The translations under genes and the position numbers were made by a program. Source: an uncultured Phycisphaerales bacterium (GTDB lineage: Bacteria; Planctomycetota; Phycisphaerae; Phycisphaerales; SM1A02). Taken from it: a stretch of 64,000 nt of DNA. The notes under the pieces were generated by a model. That model saw only the letters and a list, made by a program, of their open reading frames with translations, searched no databases and was not told the origin of the DNA. Where the stretch lies: the NCBI GenBank assembly GCA_938084645.1, contig CALKEP010000004.1:1-64000 (forward strand), in the 5' to 3' direction. How positions within the stretch are numbered: the first letter of the stretch is position 1; each line of letters starts with the position of its first letter. Positions 58,591 through 64,000 of this stretch are shown in pieces.

Positions 58591-60555
58591 TCAGTCGCCG
58601 GAGGAAGCTTCGTTCCGGAGACTCCGGGCGATGGAGGCTTCGTGGACGGGCATGCTCGCTCGATCCAGACGATCCTTCGCCGCATGGAAGGCGTCGGGAT
58701 CCACGGATCGCGGATCCTCCCGGGCCTGGGTGATCAGGGCCTGGAGCTCGACCAGGCCGGCTTCGACCGATGCCACCACCTCGGTGTCGACGTCCGCGCG
58801 AACCCGATCGAGGGCCTCGGTGATCCACTTCACGTCGAGGGCCGCGTTGACCGCGAGATCGACGACCCGGTGGACCATCATGTCGTCCCGGGCGTGGGTG
58901 ACGGAATCGGCCTCGATCCGGTCCACCTCGTCGCGGGTCAGACCGTTGCTCGGAACCACCTGGACCCGGGCCCGGCGGCCGCTGCGTCGCTCCACCGCGT
59001 CGACGCCGAGCACCCCGTTGGCATCGACGTTGAACGCGACCTCGATCTGCGGAATCCCGGCGGGCATCGGCGGCAGTCCGCGAAGTTCGAATCGAGCGAG
59101 ACTTCGACAGTCCGCGACCATCTCCCGCTCTCCCTGCACGACGTGCAGGCCGACGTTCAGCTGGCCGTCCACGCTGGTCGAGAACATCTCGACCGAACGG
59201 GTCGGGACCATCGTGTTCCGCACCACCAGTTTGGCGACGGCCCCGCCCGCGGTCTCGAGGCCGAGACTCAGCGGAATCACGTCGAGCAGGAGCGCGTCCC
59301 GTCGGGTGCCGGCGAGGATCGAACCCTGCACCGCGGCACCGAGGGCGATCACGCGATCGGGATCCAGGGCCACGTAGGCGGGTCGATCGAACCAGGTCTC
59401 GACGGCCTCTCGGATCATCGGCATCCGCGTGGATCCACCGACCAGCACCACCCGGTCGATCGCGGCACGTTCGAGCCCCGCATCCTTGAGGGCCCGCTCG
59501 CACGCGTCCAGCGTTCGATCGACCAGTGGACGAGCGGCGACTTCGAAGTCGGCGCGGTCGAGTGTTCGATCGAGATCGGGCACCACGCCACCGCCATCGA
59601 GCCGGATCCGCGTCGCCGCCGCGTCGCTCAACGCGATCTTGGCCCGGCCGCCGACCGCCCGGAGCACCGCGAGTCGACGGGCCCGGCGTTCCGGATCGGA
59701 TTCGGCCATCGCCGCGTCGTGAAGATCCTCGAGCAGAACGCGATCGAAGTCGTCACCACCGAGGCGCGTGTCGCCTGCGGTGGCGAGCACCCGAAAGATC
59801 GCCTCGCCGTCGGGTGAGGACGGGTCCGCGGGCATGACTTCGAGAACGGTGACGTCGAAGGTCCCTCCACCGAGGTCATAGACGACGATCGTCTCCGCGT
59901 CGCCGCGGCCGCCGATGCCGTAGGCGAGGGCCGCCGCCGTCGGTTCGTTGAGAATCCGCACCACGTCGATGCCCGCGATCCGGCCCGCATCACGGGTCGC
60001 CTGTCGCTGAGCGTCGTCGAAGTACGCGGGAACCGTCACCACCGCCCGACGGACCGGAACGCCGAGGGCTTCCGACGCCCGATCGCGCAGATGCGCCAGC
60101 AGGTCCGCGGAGATCTCCTCGGGACTTCGCATGCGACCGTCGATTTCGATTCCCGAAAGCCCACGGGCCCCCTCGACCACCCGGTAGGGCGACGCTGCGG
60201 CGTCTTCACGACGATCATCGAATCGCCGCCCCATGTAGCGCTTCACGCTGTAGACGGTTCGCGTCGCATGATCTTCCAGCCCGGCGGCGGCCTCGCGACC
60301 GACCGCTTCCACCACGTCGCCTCGATAGCGAACCACCGAAGGCACCAGACCGTTCCCGTTCTGGGATGATGCCTCGTCCTCGACGAATTCGAGATCCGAA
60401 CCGAGACTCAGGATCCTCGGACCGGCGGCGTCGGCAAAAGCGACGAGTGAATTCGTGGTCCCCAGGTCGATTCCGACGATCGGATCGTCCGGAACGCTCG
60501 CGCGACCGGCCTCGGTTGCGACCTGCGTCTTCGATGATGGGGAGTCGCCGGACAT
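58591..60555 (-). CDS. Hsp70-family chaperone (HscA-like)
   Basis: [59 protein letters not shown]; short C-terminus. HscA versus DnaK paralogue not resolved. Confidence 0.9.
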   Translation of the reverse strand: MSGDSPSSKTQVATEAGRASVPDDPIVGIDLGTTNSLVAFADAAGPRILSLGSDLEFVEDEASSQNGNGLVPSVVRYRGDVVEAVGREAAAGLEDHATRTVYSVKRYMGRRFDDRREDAAASPYRVVEGARGLSGIEIDGRMRSPEEISADLLAHLRDRASEALGVPVRRAVVTVPAYFDDAQRQATRDAGRIAGIDVVRILNEPTAAALAYGIGGRGDAETIVVYDLGGGTFDVTVLEVMPADPSSPDGEAIFRVLATAGDTRLGGDDFDRVLLEDLHDAAMAESDPERRARRLAVLRAVGGRAKIALSDAAATRIRLDGGGVVPDLDRTLDRADFEVAARPLVDRTLDACERALKDAGLERAAIDRVVLVGGSTRMPMIREAVETWFDRPAYVALDPDRVIALGAAVQGSILAGTRRDALLLDVIPLSLGLETAGGAVAKLVVRNTMVPTRSVEMFSTSVDGQLNVGLHVVQGEREMVADCRSLARFELRGLPPMPAGIPQIEVAFNVDANGVLGVDAVERRSGRRARVQVVPSNGLTRDEVDRIEADSVTHARDDMMVHRVVDLAVNAALDVKWITEALDRVRADVDTEVVASVEAGLVELQALITQAREDPRSVDPDAFHAAKDRLDRASMPVHEASIARSLRNEASSGD

Positions 60556-60706
60556 TCCGGGCAGTGTACGAACCGGGCGGACCCCGGGCTCGTCCCCACC
60601 CGGATCCGCTCAGGGTTCTTCGCCGGGCCTGACGAGGACGATCCGAATCCCACGCCCACCTGGGGCCACGGAAGCGCCATCCGCATCGAGGCGACATCGC
60701 GTCCGG

Positions 60707-60961
60707 TCAGTCGCCCTTGATCAGTGCCTGGACGTTCTCATCGATCTCATCCGACACGTCCGAAACGTCGGCGGCCGTGAACATGATCGGACCGGCGAGC
60801 CGGTTCGCGAGGGTCGCGAGGCGATTCCGGATTCGAGTCCGGCTTGCTTCGATTTCGGCGATGAGCGTCGGGTCGGGCGCCCATTCGGAACTGGTCTCCC
60901 CGATCGGATCGACCGGAGGGATCGGAGTCGGCACGGCAGAATTGTTGGAGTTTCTTGACAC
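60707..60961 (-). CDS. Hypothetical 84-aa acidic protein overlapping the sigma-factor 3' end
   Basis: Protein-like composition with a predicted amphipathic helix (LIAEIEASRTRIRNRLATLANRL). GTG start; 215-nt same-strand overlap. Confidence 0.35.
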   Translation of the reverse strand: MSRNSNNSAVPTPIPPVDPIGETSSEWAPDPTLIAEIEASRTRIRNRLATLANRLAGPIMFTAADVSDVSDEIDENVQALIKGD

Positions 60962-61580
60962 CTCGGTACTTCCAATTGTTGATGGTGGAAACGCTCACGC
61001 CGAGTGCGACTGCTGCCTGCTCGTAACTCAGTCCTCGACACACGATCAAACGAATTGCGGCCTGTTCATTGTCCGTCAGGTTTCGCAGGGCTGCTGCAAG
61101 CGTCCCGGCGTGGACTCGGGTGATCTCCGAGCTCCCGACACCCCCATCCACACGTCGATCGGCTCGGACCTCGAACCGACCTTCTTCATCGGCGGCCAGC
61201 CGACGCCCGCCCTGGCGGCCCACCGCCTCCAGCATCCGTCGCGAACGCCGTTCCTGGTGATACCCCTTGCGAACGAGGTTTTCACCCACACGGAAGAGGT
61301 AACTCACGGTGATCTCGCGCGTTTCAAGATTTTCGAGACGAAGGAGCCGAAAAAAGACCTCCTGAACCACGTCCTCGGCACGCTCCGGCCCGATCAGACG
61401 TCGAATGAAGGCCCCGAGCGGTCTGTGATGCTGCTTGTAGAGCGAACGCACCATGGCCCGCCGGGCCTCCGGAACCGCTGTCGGACCGATGCTGGAGGTG
61501 GCGGCGTCAGCCGCCCTCGTGCGAGCTTGCACCGTCTTCGCGGATGCTTCACGATTCAAGACAAGTGGTTCGGTGTTCAT
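60747..61580 (-). CDS. ECF sigma-70 factor, ~277 aa
   Basis: Sigma2 LYKQHHRPL...AEDVVQEVF; sigma4 LTDNEQAAIRL...LSYEQAAVALGVSVSTINNWKYRG. AAGGA SD before ATG 61580. Confidence 0.88.
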   Translation of the reverse strand: MNTEPLVLNREASAKTVQARTRAADAATSSIGPTAVPEARRAMVRSLYKQHHRPLGAFIRRLIGPERAEDVVQEVFFRLLRLENLETREITVSYLFRVGENLVRKGYHQERRSRRMLEAVGRQGGRRLAADEEGRFEVRADRRVDGGVGSSEITRVHAGTLAAALRNLTDNEQAAIRLIVCRGLSYEQAAVALGVSVSTINNWKYRGVKKLQQFCRADSDPSGRSDRGDQFRMGARPDAHRRNRSKPDSNPESPRDPREPARRSDHVHGRRRFGRVG

Positions 61581-61922
61581 GTGAAACGTGGTCCTTCCCG
61601 AATCATCGATGCCGACCTGAGTCGCCTTGCGGGCCACTCGAACGAGAAGGCTCGACCGACACCGGATCCGTGGCGGCGACTGTACGCCTGCATCCGGGAG
61701 GTTCTCGTCGATCCCGCCCTTTTTCGGGTGAATCGATGGCCCGCGTCGGCGGTGTGATTCCTACAACCCTCCCAGGTGGCCCTCAGCCCCGAGAAACAGG
61801 CTTCTGGCGATCAAAAAGAGGGTTTCTGACGCTGTTCAGGGCCCGAACAAGCCCAGATCCTCGGCCGCGGACGTCCGATGAGGCAGATCTCGCCGAAGCC
61901 CTGCGGCAAGATGCCGTCCGGT

Positions 61923-62480
61923 TCACCCGGCCGCGTTGTCGGCCCGAGGAAGCCCGTCGAGCACCCCCTGGTACCGCTGGGCCCCGATCGCCTGCAGTGC
62001 TTCAAGCAGTTCGGTCGTGCCTTGGTCGAAGGTACGGCCATCCGCCTTGATCTCGAACTTCCGCCGAACACCCTTGAGTCGAAGGTCGACCTCGAGCAGG
62101 CGAGGCCCGCTCGACGTGGTCGGCGGCATGAAGTCCGGGGCAAGCCAGCCGATGTCCTCGATCACCTTGGTGAGGGTGCGTTGGACGTCCTTCGGAAACG
62201 GCAGTTCGATGGGCGTCTCGCCCTCGTGGGCTTCGCGGCCCCCACCGTAGAAGAAACGACCGTCCGCCCGCCATTTGTAGAGGGCGTAGCGTTGCTCCTC
62301 GCCATCGGCATCGAGCAGAAGGAGCTTGATCGCCTGCTGATTGGTTTCGCTGGGAGCGGTGTCCGCACCACCGGGCCCGACGCAACCGACAAGCAGCATC
62401 GCCGCGCACAGGAACATCGCCCCCTGCAACTCGGGGGTCCGTCGGCCGAGGCATGCCCTGACAAGGCTCGTGCTTCGCAT
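61923..62480 (-). CDS. Hypothetical lipoprotein, 185 aa
   Basis: Lipobox LLVGC; start overlaps the upstream stop (TGATG). Confidence 0.7.
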   Translation of the reverse strand: MRSTSLVRACLGRRTPELQGAMFLCAAMLLVGCVGPGGADTAPSETNQQAIKLLLLDADGEEQRYALYKWRADGRFFYGGGREAHEGETPIELPFPKDVQRTLTKVIEDIGWLAPDFMPPTTSSGPRLLEVDLRLKGVRRKFEIKADGRTFDQGTTELLEALQAIGAQRYQGVLDGLPRADNAAG

Positions 62481-63163
62481 CAGGTGTCTCCCTTCGCGGG
62501 ATTCCGGTATCGAGCCCAGGGGTCCGGACCGAAGTCGTAGCGTTCGGGGAAATCGATCGAGTCGTTCGGCGGATCATCGAAGGCCCAGGCCAGCGCCGCG
62601 AGGCGTCGGAGCGCCGATCGCATGCGGGCGTCTTCCATCGCCGCGGCCGCGGCCGGCGTGGTGTCCGGTGGAATCTCGAACCGGCGGACGATCGCCCAGT
62701 CCCGCCCACCACGCTGCAGGGCGAGGATCTGGATGATCTCGTCGTCGGCTGGAACGAGCCGACCGAGGTTGCCGTCGTAGTCACCGACCACCGGATCGCC
62801 GAATCCGAGTTCGTCGAGGCCCCGCCAGAGTTCCTCGAGCTGGGCGCGGTAAAGGTGCCGAGCCACGCCGGGACGATCATCGACCCGAAGGTCGGCCCCG
62901 ACATCGGCCCGCAGCACCCCGTCCGGCAGGATGATGGCCCGGGCGGGTCGGAATTGGACCGGCCAGGCCCCCGGATCCCGCCGGATCCGCCGGCCGAGGT
63001 CGTCTCCCACCAGAACCGTCGCATCGATCACCGCGTCCGCCGGAACCGCCCCCTCGGTCGAGGCCGGTGGCGAACTGCATGCCGCGGCCACCAGCAGCGG
63101 GAGGCACGTGGCGAGGAGGCGAAGGCGAAGCGTCGATCGAGATCTCGAACCGGAAAGCGACAT
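62480..63163 (-). CDS. Hypothetical lipoprotein, 227 aa
   Basis: Lipobox VAAAC after a basic N-terminus; C-terminal YDFGPDPWARY. Confidence 0.7.
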   Translation of the reverse strand: MSLSGSRSRSTLRLRLLATCLPLLVAAACSSPPASTEGAVPADAVIDATVLVGDDLGRRIRRDPGAWPVQFRPARAIILPDGVLRADVGADLRVDDRPGVARHLYRAQLEELWRGLDELGFGDPVVGDYDGNLGRLVPADDEIIQILALQRGGRDWAIVRRFEIPPDTTPAAAAAMEDARMRSALRRLAALAWAFDDPPNDSIDFPERYDFGPDPWARYRNPAKGDT

Positions 63164-63228
63164 GCATGGAAAGTAGCAGGCCCGTTCGAGGTCCGCCGGG
63201 ATCCTCGACGGGGTACCCTCCTCGAATC

Positions 63229-64000
63229 ATGCGAACGAGCATCAACTGGCTGAACGACTATCTCGACCCCCCCCTGGACGCGGCGACCCAGGCCGACCTC
63301 CTCACCGCGGCCGGATTCCCCTTCGACGGGGAGGACATCGCCGAGAACGGCGAACCGTGGCAGGAGATCGAGACCACGAGCAACCGAGGCGACTGCCTCT
63401 GCCACCTCGGCCTCGCCCGGGAGGCGGCCCTGCTCGGCGGTTCCGGTCTCAAGACGCCTCGGGCGGACCTGCCTTCGGGTGGTCCACCCGTCGCCGACGT
63501 CGTCGAGATCCGCAATCTCGACCCCGACCGCTGCCCGCTCTACACCGCGCGGGTGATTCGCGGCGTCAAGGTCGGACCGAGTCCGGACTGGCTGCAACGA
63601 CGCCTCGTCGCGATCGGACTCGTCCCTCGGAACAATCTCGTCGACGCCACGAACTTCGTCCTCTTCGAGTACGGCCAGCCCACCCACGTCTTCGATCTCG
63701 CCACGGTGCGCGGTGATCGGATCGAGATCCGTCCCGCTCGCGACGCCGAGCCCTTCCTGCCGATCGGCGAGGACGCGAAGCCGATCGAACTCTCGAGCGA
63801 CGATCTCGTGATCGCGGACGCGGAACGGGCGATCGCGATGGCCGGGGTGAAGGGCGGCGCCGAGACCGCCGTCTCCGACTCCACCACCGACATCCTCGTC
63901 GAAGCCGCGACCTTCGATCCCGTCTCGGTTCGAAACACCGCACGGCGTCATCGAATCGCGAGTGACTCGTCCTATCGCTTCGAACGCGGCGTGCATCCGG
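63229..64000 (+). CDS. pheT: Phenylalanine-tRNA ligase beta subunit, 5' part, runs off the window
   Basis: Not in the ORF track (no stop). MRTSINWLNDYL...TSNRGDCLCHLGLARE...CPLYTARVIRGVKVGPSPDWLQRRL...NNLVDATNFVLFEYGQPTHVFDL...AMAGVKGG...EAATFDP. Confidence 0.95.
   Translation, partial: MRTSINWLNDYLDPPLDAATQADLLTAAGFPFDGEDIAENGEPWQEIETTSNRGDCLCHLGLAREAALLGGSGLKTPRADLPSGGPPVADVVEIRNLDPDRCPLYTARVIRGVKVGPSPDWLQRRLVAIGLVPRNNLVDATNFVLFEYGQPTHVFDLATVRGDRIEIRPARDAEPFLPIGEDAKPIELSSDDLVIADAERAIAMAGVKGGAETAVSDSTTDILVEAATFDPVSVRNTARRHRIASDSSYRFERGVHP

Noticed and set aside
58533..58685. Extended speA start overlapping the Hsp70 gene
   Set aside because: TTG 58532 has an SD and an upstream -10 box and avoids the overlap.

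Overview
High-GC bacterial DNA. The gene repertoire points to Planctomycetota, probably Phycisphaerales (inference): paired-dockerin DxNGDG C-terminus, B2-less PheT, stand-alone CoaB, and giant prepilin-like proteins. (1) 1-17.6 kb, minus strand: a type IV filament locus with two PilB/GspE ATPases, PilT, PilC, five enlarged prepilin-type proteins and a >=1710-aa GspK/PilX-like protein that runs off the left edge and is missing from the ORF track. (2) 17.8-31.8 kb: coaB, gnd, a TauE / persulfide dioxygenase-rhodanese / XdhC trio, a sulfatase, tRNA-Leu(UAA), an AmpG-like MFS, a KamA-like radical SAM enzyme behind a structured leader, an S10 peptidase and a C-type lectin/dockerin surface protein. 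(3) 32-51.7 kb: a TetR-RND efflux operon, an orphan catabolic cluster (enolase-fold, OYE, NRAMP-like, DUF993), ThrE, MltA, an atypical metal ABC system and methyltransferases. (4) 51.8-58.5 kb: a polyamine / possible acid-stress cluster (HdeD, deoxyhypusine synthase-like, SpeB, ClC, SpeA). (5) 58.6-64 kb: Hsp70, an ECF sigma factor, two lipoproteins and the 5' part of pheT. Many genes have a TANNNT -10 box 6-7 nt before the ATG, suggesting leaderless mRNAs. I saw no CRISPR array, rRNA, integrase or transposase. All calls come from manual motif reading; no database searches were run.
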